Both the position numbers and the translations under genes were made by a program. The notes below the pieces were generated by a model that was not told where the DNA came from, did not search any database, and saw only the letters and a program-made list of their open reading frames with translations. From assembly GCA_040289515.1 (NCBI GenBank), contig PSLI01000019.1:1-36435 (forward strand): a stretch of DNA of 36,435 nucleotides, read 5' to 3'. Positions 1-8,117 of the stretch are shown here, in pieces. The DNA comes from Candidatus Sysuimicrobiota bacterium. GTDB lineage: Bacteria > Sysuimicrobiota > Sysuimicrobiia > Sysuimicrobiales > Sysuimicrobiaceae. Within the stretch, counting starts at the first letter, position 1. Each line of letters starts with the position of its first letter.

Positions 1-1
1 G

Positions 2-121
2 CGGCCCGAGGAGCTCATGGTGGCCTACGAGGCTGGACCGACGGGTTACGGTTTGCAGCGCCAACTGGAGCCGTTTGCACGTTGCCGGGACACAAGGACG
101 CAGGGATGCGGGGAGTCCTGA
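2..121 (+). pseudogene. Truncated IS110-family transposase fragment (N-terminal DEDD/RuvC-like domain), open at the left window edge
   Basis: Frame +2 reads RPEELMVAYEAGPTGYGLQRQLEPFARCRDTRTQGCGES*. YEAGPTGYGLxRxL is the motif around the catalytic Glu of IS110 transposases. Similarity is lost after about nt 70 and a TGA follows at 119-121. Confidence 0.75.
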
Positions 122-167
122 GGGTGGTGCAGTAGGCCGGCTGGCAGCCGGATCACTTCTCAGGGGG

Positions 168-1145
168 TCAGGAGGCGTGTCGGACGGCGCGGGTGAGAGC
201 CTGCACGTTGGCCTCCGGCGTGTCCACGGGGATTACGCAGCCCGGCGCCACGATGTGGCCCTTGCCGCCGGTTTGGCGCACGGCCTCCTGCGCTTCCTCG
301 GCCACCTGCCGGGCGTCCCGGTCTGCGAGATCCACCTCGTTCAGGCCACCGCACAGGCACCCGGAGTAACGGCTGCGGGCCTCCCGAAGGGAAGGGGGCG
401 TTCGTCGGTCGTGCCAGTTCAGGGCGTGCACGGGGTAGTCCGCCAGCAGGTCGAAGTACGGACGGTCTCCGTGGGCGTGCAGGATCAAGAACTCCGCCCC
501 GGAAGCCGCCTCCAGCACCCGGAGATCGTAGGGACGGCCGAACGCCTCGTACTCCTCCTCCGTGACCGCCCCCGGGCACGCCATCTGGGTGGCGAAGAAG
601 ATGCCGTCCGCCCCCGCGGCCAAACACTCCGCGGCGAAGCGGGCCGTCACCTCCGCGATCACCTCCAGGCCCGTGTGCAGGGCCTCCGGCTGCTCCCGCA
701 GGTACCGTACCACGGCCACCTCGCCGCTCAAGGTCTTGGCCACGGTCAGGGGGCTGAACACCGTGGCCAGCACAGGGACCTCCCCCCGCACCGCCTGACG
801 GATCAGGCGCAGGGCCCGCAGCTCCCGCCCGTAAACACCCGCGGTCACGTCCAACCGGCGCAGGGCTGCCCAGTCCTTTGCGGTCTTGATGGGGCGGTCC
901 AGGTACGTCCGTACGCCCTCCCGGTTCGGCCGACAGGCGCTCCGCAGGCCCCAGTCGTCCCCGTAGTAACCGCTGGCGGGCGTGACCTTCAGGAGGTCCA
1001 ACCCGAACCGGTGCCAGAAGGCCACGTGGGCTTCCGCGAGGCTTTCTGGCCGCTGGTCCTGTCCGGGGAAGTGGCGCCAGACGGCCACCGGCGGACAGTC
1101 CGCCACCTCTCCCCGTAGGGCCGCCCGGACCCGGTCCCAGTGCAC
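168..1145 (-). CDS. Uroporphyrinogen decarboxylase-like (URO-D/CIMS fold) protein, probably not a true HemE
   Basis: 325 aa with PVLATVFSPLT, AAGADGIFF, ILHAHG and C-terminal HIVAPGC. It lacks the HemE MRQAGR motif (has WRHF). AGGAGGTGAGG RBS upstream of the GTG. Confidence 0.8.
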   Translation of the reverse strand: MHWDRVRAALRGEVADCPPVAVWRHFPGQDQRPESLAEAHVAFWHRFGLDLLKVTPASGYYGDDWGLRSACRPNREGVRTYLDRPIKTAKDWAALRRLDVTAGVYGRELRALRLIRQAVRGEVPVLATVFSPLTVAKTLSGEVAVVRYLREQPEALHTGLEVIAEVTARFAAECLAAGADGIFFATQMACPGAVTEEEYEAFGRPYDLRVLEAASGAEFLILHAHGDRPYFDLLADYPVHALNWHDRRTPPSLREARSRYSGCLCGGLNEVDLADRDARQVAEEAQEAVRQTGGKGHIVAPGCVIPVDTPEANVQALTRAVRHAS

Positions 1146-1163
1146 CGAACCTCACCTCCTCCC

Positions 1164-1646
1164 TTACAGGTTCTTGGCCCGGTATACCATGTACGTGTGG
1201 TAGCCGGCCCGCTCCCAGAAACTTTCGGCCTGTGGGTTCCCCACGGCCACGGTGAGCTCCGCCCGGCGGACCCCTTGGCGCCGCAACCAGGATTCCAGGT
1301 GTGCGAGCATGGCCCGGCCGATGCCACGCCCCCGGTAGCCCTGCTGGGTGTACACGTCCTGGATGTACCCACGGCGGCGCTGCCGGAAGAAGGCGGGGAG
1401 CCACGTGACCCGCCCCACCGCCAGGCCCACCAGCCGTCCGTTCACCTGTGCCACCACCACCCGCACGTCCGGCCGGCGCAGCATGTGCAGCAGGTAATCC
1501 TCGTAGGCTCGGCGCCACGAGCGGCTGAGGGCGAAGGAGCCGTCCAGGCGCTCGTGCAGGCGCGCCAGCTCGCCCCACAACTCCACCAGCGCCGGCACGT
1601 CCCGAAGTTCCGCCGGGCGGACGCACACCTCCGAAGAGCGCACCAC
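1164..1646 (-). CDS. GNAT family N-acetyltransferase
   Basis: VRPAELRDVPAL start, acetyl-CoA motif YRGRGIGRAML, and NPQAESFWERAGY. Start trimmed from ORF 1164..1937 to the in-frame GTG at 1646 (start uncertain). Confidence 0.85.
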   Translation of the reverse strand: MVRSSEVCVRPAELRDVPALVELWGELARLHERLDGSFALSRSWRRAYEDYLLHMLRRPDVRVVVAQVNGRLVGLAVGRVTWLPAFFRQRRRGYIQDVYTQQGYRGRGIGRAMLAHLESWLRRQGVRRAELTVAVGNPQAESFWERAGYHTYMVYRAKNL

Positions 1647-1722
1647 GGGGCGCAGATTGAACACGAGGGGCGGGGAATCCTGCGAGGGTAAGGAGAAGGC
1701 CCTTCCGTGGGATACTGGGGTT

Positions 1723-2637
1723 GTGGGCTGGCTACAGCGGCTGCAGGCCATCGAGGGGATGACGCGGGAAAGCGCCACGGAGATCGGCGTGGCCGCGGCG
1801 GAGGCGCTGGAGCTGTGGCTGACGGAGCAGCTAGACCAGGACCCCCAGAACTTCGTGCAGGCCCTGGACGAGGCGACCCGCCAGCTCACGGAGCGCAAAG
1901 TGGCCACCGCACCCCTGCACAACCTTCGGTATCGCATGGTGCAGTTCGCCGCGGAGATGCTGCGGGAGGGGGTGCCCCTACATCAGCTGCGGGAGGAGCT
2001 GCGGGACTGGTTGCGCGGATACCGCACCCACGTGGCGGAATCCCACGCGCGCATCGCCCACCACGGGGCGGAGGCGCTCGCAGAGTACGAGGTGATCCTC
2101 ACCCTCTCCTACAGCCGGACGGTGTACGCGGTGTTGGAGGAGCTGGTCCAGCACAACCCCGACCTGAGTGTGGTGGTGTTCGAGGCCCGGCCGTACCTGG
2201 AAGGGCGCCGGATGGCGGAAGCCCTGGCCCGGCTCGGAATCTCCGTCACCCTCACGGTGGACGCCGCCATGGGGTACTACATGGACGTGGCGTCCGCGGT
2301 GCTCACCGGGGCCGAGGCGGTCTCCCTGGAAGGGACCTTCGTCAACCGGGTGGGCACGCGGCCCCTGATGACGTGTGCCCACGCCCACGGGGTGCCCAGC
2401 TACGTTGCCACGGAGACCATTAAGATCCTCCCCCCCACCCTGCGCGGGGACTCTGTGACCACCGTGGTGGGAGCCCCGGAGGAGCTGACCCCTGACTGGC
2501 GCCCGCCGGAGGGAGTGGAGGTGTCGTGCATCCTGTACGAACCCATCCCGGACCGCCTGGTGAAGGCGTACATCACCGAGGAGGGAGTCGTGTCGCCCGT
2601 CCGCCTGGCGACCCTCAGCCGTCCTCTGGGCGTGTAG
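1723..2637 (+). CDS. eIF-2B alpha/beta/delta family protein (IF-2B / R15P-isomerase / MtnA fold)
   Basis: Motifs ILTLSYSRTV, EARPYLEGRRMA, VDAAMGYYM, TGAEAV, NRVGT, AYITEEG. Start uncertain (in-frame GTG 1723; ORF open from 1657). Confidence 0.85.
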   Translation: MGWLQRLQAIEGMTRESATEIGVAAAEALELWLTEQLDQDPQNFVQALDEATRQLTERKVATAPLHNLRYRMVQFAAEMLREGVPLHQLREELRDWLRGYRTHVAESHARIAHHGAEALAEYEVILTLSYSRTVYAVLEELVQHNPDLSVVVFEARPYLEGRRMAEALARLGISVTLTVDAAMGYYMDVASAVLTGAEAVSLEGTFVNRVGTRPLMTCAHAHGVPSYVATETIKILPPTLRGDSVTTVVGAPEELTPDWRPPEGVEVSCILYEPIPDRLVKAYITEEGVVSPVRLATLSRPLGV

Positions 2638-2664
2638 CCGCAGGCACCCCGGGAACCTGGAGGT

Positions 2665-3480
2665 GTGAGCTTGGACCGACCGCGCTTCTCACCGTACGTG
2701 GAGGTGGCCGTGCGCGCGGTGCGCGAGGCGGCTCACGTGCTGTTGGACTATTTCGCACGGCCGCCGAAACCCGGGGAGGTGCGTTACAAGGGCCCGGTGA
2801 ACCCCGTGACGGAGGCGGACCACGCCAGCGAGGCGTGCATCGTGTCGGTGCTGCGGGAGGCGTTCCCGGACCACAGCGTGGTGGCGGAGGAGGGGCAGGG
2901 CGTTCGCCACGAGGGTGCGCCGTGCTGGTATGTGGACCCCCTGGACGGCACCTCCAACTTCGCCCACCGGCTGCCGTGGTTTGGTGTGTCGGTGGCCCTG
3001 GCTACGGAGGACGCGGTCCAGGTGGGGGTCGTGTACCACCCGGTGCTGGACGAGCTGTTTGTCGCGGAGCGGGGCTGTGGCGCGTGGCTGCTGTCCGGGG
3101 GCCGTTCCGTGCGGCTGCGGGTTTCCGCCACCACCCGTCTGCAGGAGGCCTTGGTGGCCACGGGCACCCCTACGGACATCGGGATCACCGGCAACAACCT
3201 CTCGCAGATCGTGACCATGCTCAAGCTGGCCGAGGATGTGCGGCAGATGGGATCCGCGGCCCTGAACCTGTGCTACGTGGCCGCCGGCCGCCTGGAAGTG
3301 TTCTGGGAGCCCGACCTGCAACCGTGGGACGTGGCTGCAGGCGCCCTCATGGTGTTGGAGGCGGGTGGGATCGTTACCGGTATGGACGGGTCCCCGTACG
3401 TCCCCAGCACCCGCAGCCCCGTGGCCACCAACGGGGTGCTGCACCAGCAGGTGCTGGCTCTGTTGCGGGCCGGCGGCTAG
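2665..3480 (+). CDS. suhB: Inositol monophosphatase (SuhB/IMPase family)
   Basis: PVTEADHASE, AEE, WYVDPLDGTSNFAH, GSAALNLCYVAAGR, WDVAAG. GGAGG at 2659-2663; the true start may be TTG 2671. Confidence 0.9.
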   Translation: MSLDRPRFSPYVEVAVRAVREAAHVLLDYFARPPKPGEVRYKGPVNPVTEADHASEACIVSVLREAFPDHSVVAEEGQGVRHEGAPCWYVDPLDGTSNFAHRLPWFGVSVALATEDAVQVGVVYHPVLDELFVAERGCGAWLLSGGRSVRLRVSATTRLQEALVATGTPTDIGITGNNLSQIVTMLKLAEDVRQMGSAALNLCYVAAGRLEVFWEPDLQPWDVAAGALMVLEAGGIVTGMDGSPYVPSTRSPVATNGVLHQQVLALLRAGG

Positions 3481-4070
3481 CCGCCGGACGCTTCCCGGCC
3501 CGCGGCGTGTCCGGACAGAGCCGGTACCCGGGCCCTCACCGCCGCCCCCAGCCACAGGGTCAGGGCCCCGTTGACAGCGCTGGTTACCAGGTTGAAGGGG
3601 ACGAAGGCACTTGCCAACAGGGGCACCACGCGCCGCTGGAGGGTGGCCCAGTCCGTGGGGCTGTAGCCGAAGAACACGGGCAGCACCACGAAGGCCAGGA
3701 TGGGCACCATGAGCACGGCGCGGGTCACCGCGCCCGCAGCCACGCCCTTGGCCAAGCCCCGCGGGGTCGGCTCGCGGCGGTACACCCACGCCGCCGTGGC
3801 TGCAAAGAAGCTGACCGCGGCGAAGTTGGCGAAGGGTCCCACCCACCCCGTGGGGCTGCCGAACAGCGCCGCATACAGCAGGTTCTTGAGGAACGCCACA
3901 CCCACCGCACCTGCGGGGCCGTGCAGGACGCCCGCCAGCAGCGTGGGCACCTCGCTGGGGTCGAACTTCAGGTAGGGCGCTGCGGGCAGGATGGGGAACT
4001 GCACGAAACGCATCAGCAGCGCTGCGACCGCGGACAGCATGCCGAGGGAAGCCAACCGACGCACGTGCAT
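3477..4070 (-). CDS. ribU: ECF transporter S-component, riboflavin-specific (RibU-like)
   Basis: Hydrophobic 197 aa protein with FPILPAAPYLKFDPSEVP, LKNLL, VGPFANF, PFNLV. GAGGAGGA RBS before ATG 4070. It lies directly downstream of an FMN riboswitch. Confidence 0.88.
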   Translation of the reverse strand: MHVRRLASLGMLSAVAALLMRFVQFPILPAAPYLKFDPSEVPTLLAGVLHGPAGAVGVAFLKNLLYAALFGSPTGWVGPFANFAAVSFFAATAAWVYRREPTPRGLAKGVAAGAVTRAVLMVPILAFVVLPVFFGYSPTDWATLQRRVVPLLASAFVPFNLVTSAVNGALTLWLGAAVRARVPALSGHAAGREASGG

Positions 4071-4111
4071 CGCGAATCCTCCTCGTTGGGTGTCCAGCGG
4101 AGCACGGACCC

Positions 4112-4144
4112 AACAGAAAGGCCCCGGAGCCCTCGCCCCGGGGC
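4112..4144 (-). terminator. Intrinsic terminator-like hairpin in the FMN riboswitch expression platform
   Basis: Minus strand GCCCCGGGGC-GAGG-GCTCCGGGGC (10-bp stem including one G-U) followed by CTTTCTGTT. Confidence 0.6.
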
Positions 4145-4188
4145 GTCGGAGGACGCGATCCGCCGCGCACGCACCGCGGCCGCGCCAC

Positions 4189-4362
4189 CGACCTTCTCCC
4201 ATCCGGACTGTACCGTCGGCCCCGGCTTCGCCAGCTCGGCTGCACCGGGTCCACCGCGCCTCAGACCGTGCGCGGGTCGCGGGCTCGCACCGGAACCTCC
4301 GGTGCCCACCGCCGGTCGGGAATCGGGGGCGGTGCCGCCCCCTCACCCTGCCCCGAAGGTCG
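4189..4362 (-). ncRNA. FMN riboswitch (RFN element) with extra hairpin insertions
   Basis: Minus strand CGACCTTCGGGGCAGGGTGA...ATTCCCGACCGGCGGT...AGCCCGCGA...GACCCGGTG...CCGGGGCCGACGGTACAGTCCGGATGGGAGAAGGTCG. The conserved RFN blocks and P1 (CGACCTTC/GAAGGTCG) are present upstream of ribU. Confidence 0.95.
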
Positions 4363-4382
4363 TGCTCGCTGGCTTGTTTTCC

Positions 4383-4411
4383 AGGATAGCCGTGCCGAGC
4401 AGGCCCGGCAA
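4383..4411 (-). promoter_or_regulatory. Sigma70-type promoter for the FMN riboswitch-ribU transcript
   Basis: Minus strand TTGCCG-17 bp-TATCCT, ending 20 nt upstream of P1. Confidence 0.65.
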
Positions 4412-4425
4412 GAGCCGCGGTACGG

Positions 4426-5337
4426 TCACACGCCGAAGATGGCACGCACGGATGCGCGGTTGCGCCGGGCAGACGCCAGGGTGTTGGTGTCTTGGGTCAC
4501 CACCCGGTCCTGCTCCACCACCAACCAGCCCGGGTAGCCCACCTCCTTCAGGACCGCGGCGATGGCGGGCAGGTCCACGTCGCCGCGTCCCAGCTCCACG
4601 AAGGTGCCCCCCTTGGCCACGTCGGCGTACGGGAGCCCCTGGGATAGCAGCTCCCGCAGGCGTGCCAGGTTTACGTCCTTCAGGTGCACGTGCTGGATGC
4701 GGCCCGCGTACCGCCGTGCGACCTCCACGGGGTCCACACCGCCGAACAGCAGATGGCCCGTATCCAGGCACAACCCCACCAGGTCGGGTTCCGTGTGGGC
4801 CAGCAGGGCTTCCACCTCGTGGGCGTTCTCCACGTACGTGCCCCCGTGTGGGTGGAAGGCCACGCGCAGCCCATACGCCTCCCGAGCCAGCCGTGCTAGG
4901 CGTGTGACCCGTTGTCCGTACGCGGGCCACTCCTCCGCCTGCAGGCCGCAGGCAGAGGTGCGCTCTGGCCGGCCCGCGGCTCGGACCCGCACCTCGTCGC
5001 CAGCGTCCGCGAACACCACGCAGCTGGCCCCGCAGCGGGCCAAAAGTTCCGAGGTCCGGCGCACCTCCGCCTCCGCCTGCGCGTATCGGGCCGCGTCCCG
5101 TAGGGGCAGGGGAACGAACGCGGCCACCAGCTGCAGGCCCCTCCGCCGAAGCGCCTCCTGCAGGGCTTCCGGCTGCGTGGGTAGATACCCCCACGGCCCC
5201 AGCTCCGTGCCCTCGTACTCGGCCTGCTGCATCTCGTCCAGCACCCGTTCCCAGGGCAGCTGCGGCCCCCAACCGGGGATCTCGCACACCCCCCAGCTGA
5301 TGGGGGCAGCCGCCACGCGAGGTTGCTGCACCGGCAT
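4426..5337 (-). CDS. iolE: myo-inosose-2 dehydratase-like TIM-barrel protein (IolE family)
   Basis: AAAPISWGVCE, GTELGPWGYLP, FHPHGGTYVE, CLDTGH, HVHLKD, GWLVVEQD. Divergent from iolBC. Start is ATG 5337 or GTG 5331. Confidence 0.75.
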   Translation of the reverse strand: MPVQQPRVAAAPISWGVCEIPGWGPQLPWERVLDEMQQAEYEGTELGPWGYLPTQPEALQEALRRRGLQLVAAFVPLPLRDAARYAQAEAEVRRTSELLARCGASCVVFADAGDEVRVRAAGRPERTSACGLQAEEWPAYGQRVTRLARLAREAYGLRVAFHPHGGTYVENAHEVEALLAHTEPDLVGLCLDTGHLLFGGVDPVEVARRYAGRIQHVHLKDVNLARLRELLSQGLPYADVAKGGTFVELGRGDVDLPAIAAVLKEVGYPGWLVVEQDRVVTQDTNTLASARRNRASVRAIFGV

Positions 5338-5411
5338 CCCTCCCGGTGCGGTGGTTCGCCCTGCCCGTGCGCAGGCCCTGCGTGGAATACAATCAGCAGC
5401 GGGAGGGTCGT

Positions 5412-6308
5412 GTGGTCCTGCCGGACGGACGAAGGTTGCGCATCGCACCTCAGGCGACCCCACCGCAAGGTGGCGTGGTGGTCCGGGTGACCCCACAGGA
5501 GGCCGGGTGGCAAGCCCTGGGGTTCGAGGTGCGCCGCCTTGGGCCGGGCGGGTGCTGGGTCCAGGACACGGGCGCCTGTGAGGCGGTGCTGGTCTGGCTG
5601 AGCGGCCGAGCCACGGTGAGGTCGAACCGCGGCAGCTGGGAGCGGGTGGGCCGCCGGCGGAGCCCCTTCCACGGCATGCCCTACGCCCTGTACCTACCGC
5701 CCGCTACGGAGTTCGAGGTGGTGGCGGACTCCGAGGGGGTGGAACTGGCCTGTGGCTGGGCTCCGGCGGAAGGGCGGTACCCGCCCCGGCTGGTGACACC
5801 CGCGGACGTGGGGATCGAGATCCGCGGGGGGTGGAACGCCACGCGGCAGATCAACGGGATCCTGCCGCCCGGGTTCCCGTGCGAGCGCCTGGTGTGCGTG
5901 GAGGTGTACACGCCCGGGGGCAACTGGTCCAGCTACCCGCCCCACAAGCACGACGTGCACCGGGTGGACCAGTGGGGGCATTTGGTGGAGGCGGCCCTGG
6001 AGGAGGTGTACTTTTACAAGTTCCAACCCCCCGAGGGCTTCGCCCTGCAGCGGATCTACGCCCACGATGGCTCCTTCGACGTGGCGGTGGTGGCACGGCA
6101 GGACGACCTGGTGCTGGTGCCCTGCGGCTACCACCCCGTGAGCGCGGCGTACGGGTACACCTGCTACTACCTGAACGTGCTGGCGGGCTCCGCCCAGAGC
6201 CTGGCCAACTCCGAGGACCCCGCGCACACATGGGTACGGTCCACGTGGACGGAGCGTGACCCGCGCGTCCCGGTGGTCACTCACGCCATGGAGACAGGGG
6301 ATGGATGA
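5412..6308 (+). CDS. iolB: 5-deoxy-glucuronate isomerase
   Basis: EVYTPGGNWSSYPPHKHD, LEEVYFY, GYHPV, YYLNVLAG. GGAGGG RBS before GTG 5412. Confidence 0.93.
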   Translation: MVLPDGRRLRIAPQATPPQGGVVVRVTPQEAGWQALGFEVRRLGPGGCWVQDTGACEAVLVWLSGRATVRSNRGSWERVGRRRSPFHGMPYALYLPPATEFEVVADSEGVELACGWAPAEGRYPPRLVTPADVGIEIRGGWNATRQINGILPPGFPCERLVCVEVYTPGGNWSSYPPHKHDVHRVDQWGHLVEAALEEVYFYKFQPPEGFALQRIYAHDGSFDVAVVARQDDLVLVPCGYHPVSAAYGYTCYYLNVLAGSAQSLANSEDPAHTWVRSTWTERDPRVPVVTHAMETGDG

Positions 6309-7260
6309 CCGGACCTTCGACGTGCTGGCCATGGGCCGGTGCGGCATCGACCTGTACAGCAACGACGTGGGGGCTCCCTTCGTTGAGATCCGAAGCTTCG
6401 CCGCGTACGTGGGCGGCTGTCCCACCAACGTAAGCGTGGGCACGCGCCGGCTGGGCCTGCGCAGCGCCGTGCTGACCGCAGTCGGCGACGACCCGGTGGG
6501 CGACTTCGTCCTGCACTTCCTCCGGCAGGAGGGGGTGGAGACCGCCTTCATCCCCCGGAAGCCTGGTCGGCGCACAGGAGCCGTGCTCTTGGGCATCGAG
6601 CCGCCGGACCGGTTCCCCCTGGTGTTCTACCGGGACAACGCCGCGGACCTAGCTCTGAACCTGGAGGACGTGCAGCGGGCCCCCGTGGACCGCAGCCGCG
6701 TGCTGTTCCTCACAGGAACCGGGCTTTCGGCGGAGCCGAGCCGCACCGCCACTTTGTTCGCCGCGGAGCGCGCGGCCGCGGCGGGCACGCGGGTGATGGT
6801 GGATCTGGACTACCGGGCCAGCCTGTGGCCGGACCCACGGGCGTACGGGGTCAACGTGCGGACCCTGGTGCGGTGGGCGGAGGTGGTGGTGGGCAACGGG
6901 GAGGAGCTGCACGCGGCCACCGGGGAGCCGGAGGCGGAGGCGGCCGCCCGGCGCTTGCTGGCCCTGGGGCCGCGGGTGGTGGTGGCCAAGCTGGGCGCCC
7001 GGGGTTCTGAGGTGTTCCTCCCGGACGGGCAGCATCTTGTTGCCCCCGCGTTCCCCGTGGGGGTGTACAACGTCCTGGGGGCCGGGGACGCCTTCGCAAG
7101 CGGGTTTTTGTACGGCTGGCTGCGGGGCTGGGACTGGTACCGGGCGGCGCGGTTTGGGAACGCATGCGGGGCTATCGTGGTGACCCGCCACGGGTGTGCC
7201 AACTTCATGCCTTACGAGCGGGAGGCTTTGGAGTTCGTGGCCGCCCGGGGAGGGTTCTGA
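6301..7260 (+). CDS. iolC: 5-dehydro-2-deoxygluconokinase (PfkB family), with no C-terminal DUF2090 aldolase domain
   Basis: DVLAMGRCGIDLY, YVGGCPTNV, FPLVFYRDNAAD, DLDYR, GAGDAF. Overlaps the iolB stop. Confidence 0.92.
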   Translation: MDDRTFDVLAMGRCGIDLYSNDVGAPFVEIRSFAAYVGGCPTNVSVGTRRLGLRSAVLTAVGDDPVGDFVLHFLRQEGVETAFIPRKPGRRTGAVLLGIEPPDRFPLVFYRDNAADLALNLEDVQRAPVDRSRVLFLTGTGLSAEPSRTATLFAAERAAAAGTRVMVDLDYRASLWPDPRAYGVNVRTLVRWAEVVVGNGEELHAATGEPEAEAAARRLLALGPRVVVAKLGARGSEVFLPDGQHLVAPAFPVGVYNVLGAGDAFASGFLYGWLRGWDWYRAARFGNACGAIVVTRHGCANFMPYEREALEFVAARGGF

Positions 7261-7261
7261 G

Positions 7262-8035
7262 GTGGCCCGGCAGAACCAGCGTCCCGGCGGCGTGCCGTCC
7301 GTGGTACGGGCGGTGCGGATCCTGGAAGCCGTGGCCGACGCCGCGCGCCCGCCCACCCTGGCCGAGCTGGCACGGAGCCTGGGAATTCCCAAGAGCACCA
7401 CCCACGACCTGTGCGTCACCCTGCTGCGGGAGCGGCTGCTGGCACGCTCCCCGGACGGGCGGTTTCGCCTGGGCGTGCGAGTGCTGGAGCTGTACCGGGG
7501 TTACAACACCGGCTCCGACCTGTCCGCGGCCTTCGCGGAGGTGTGCGACGAGGTCGTGCCCCGACACGAGGAGACCCTGGTTTTGTCTGTGCTGGACGGT
7601 CGCGAGGTGGTGTACGTGGCGTGCCGCAACGGCACGCAGCCCATCGCGGTGAACTACCGCATCGGCCTGCGCCTTCCGGCCCACTGCACCGCCACCGGGA
7701 AGGCCATCCTCAGCACGCTGCCCGAAAAGCAGGTCCGGCAGCTGTTCGCCTGCGGCGAGCTGCCACGGCCCACCCGGCGCAGCCTTGGATCCTTGGCGGA
7801 TCTGCTTCGGGAGCTGGAGGCCACCCGCCGGCGGGGCTACTCCGTAGACGACGAGGAGACCGTGGACGGGATGCTGTGCGTGGGGGCTGCCGTGCGGACG
7901 TGCAGGGACGTGCACGCCGGGGTGGCCTTCAGCACGGTCAAGGCACGCCTTGCACCCGGGCGGTTGGAGGAACTGGCCCGGCAGATCACGGCCCTGGCGG
8001 ACCTGCTTTCCCAGCGTCTGGGTGCCTCCCCGTGA
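7262..8035 (+). CDS. IclR family transcriptional regulator
   Basis: SVVRAVRILE...LAELARSLGIPKSTTH helix-turn-helix; effector domain GLRLPAHCTATGKAIL, RRRGYSVDDEE. Confidence 0.92.
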   Translation: MARQNQRPGGVPSVVRAVRILEAVADAARPPTLAELARSLGIPKSTTHDLCVTLLRERLLARSPDGRFRLGVRVLELYRGYNTGSDLSAAFAEVCDEVVPRHEETLVLSVLDGREVVYVACRNGTQPIAVNYRIGLRLPAHCTATGKAILSTLPEKQVRQLFACGELPRPTRRSLGSLADLLRELEATRRRGYSVDDEETVDGMLCVGAAVRTCRDVHAGVAFSTVKARLAPGRLEELARQITALADLLSQRLGASP

Positions 8036-8040
8036 TCCGC

Positions 8041-8070
8041 TTGACAAGCCAAGCGCGCGTGTGCTTGTTT
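8041..8070 (+). promoter_or_regulatory. Possible promoter for the iolD operon
   Basis: Perfect TTGACA at 8041-8046, but only a weak TG-c-TTGTTT extended -10-like element 18 bp downstream. Confidence 0.4.
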
Positions 8071-8091
8071 GGGGGCGCGAACACGGAACCC

Positions 8092-8107
8092 GTTCGCCAG
8101 ACTGAAC
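8092..8107. promoter_or_regulatory. Candidate IclR-family operator
   Basis: GTTCG-ccagac-TGAAC resembles the IclR-type GTNCG-N5/6-CGNAC palindrome. It lies between the TTGACA box and the iolD RBS (AGGAGG), just downstream of the IclR gene. Confidence 0.5.
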
Positions 8108-8117
8108 AGGAGGTCCG

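Noticed and set aside
168..1145. Calling the gene hemE
   Set aside because: The RQAGR substrate-binding motif is missing and there is no haem-synthesis context.
1723..2637. Calling the gene mtnA or R15P isomerase
   Set aside because: The catalytic Cys and Asp positions are Ser and Glu, and the RGA phosphate-binding motif is replaced by ESA.
5370..5393. CGCAGG-C-CCTGCG palindrome and TACAAT as an iolB operator and promoter
   Set aside because: Plausible, but there is no matching -35 and the palindrome is short and GC-rich, so support is too weak to call.
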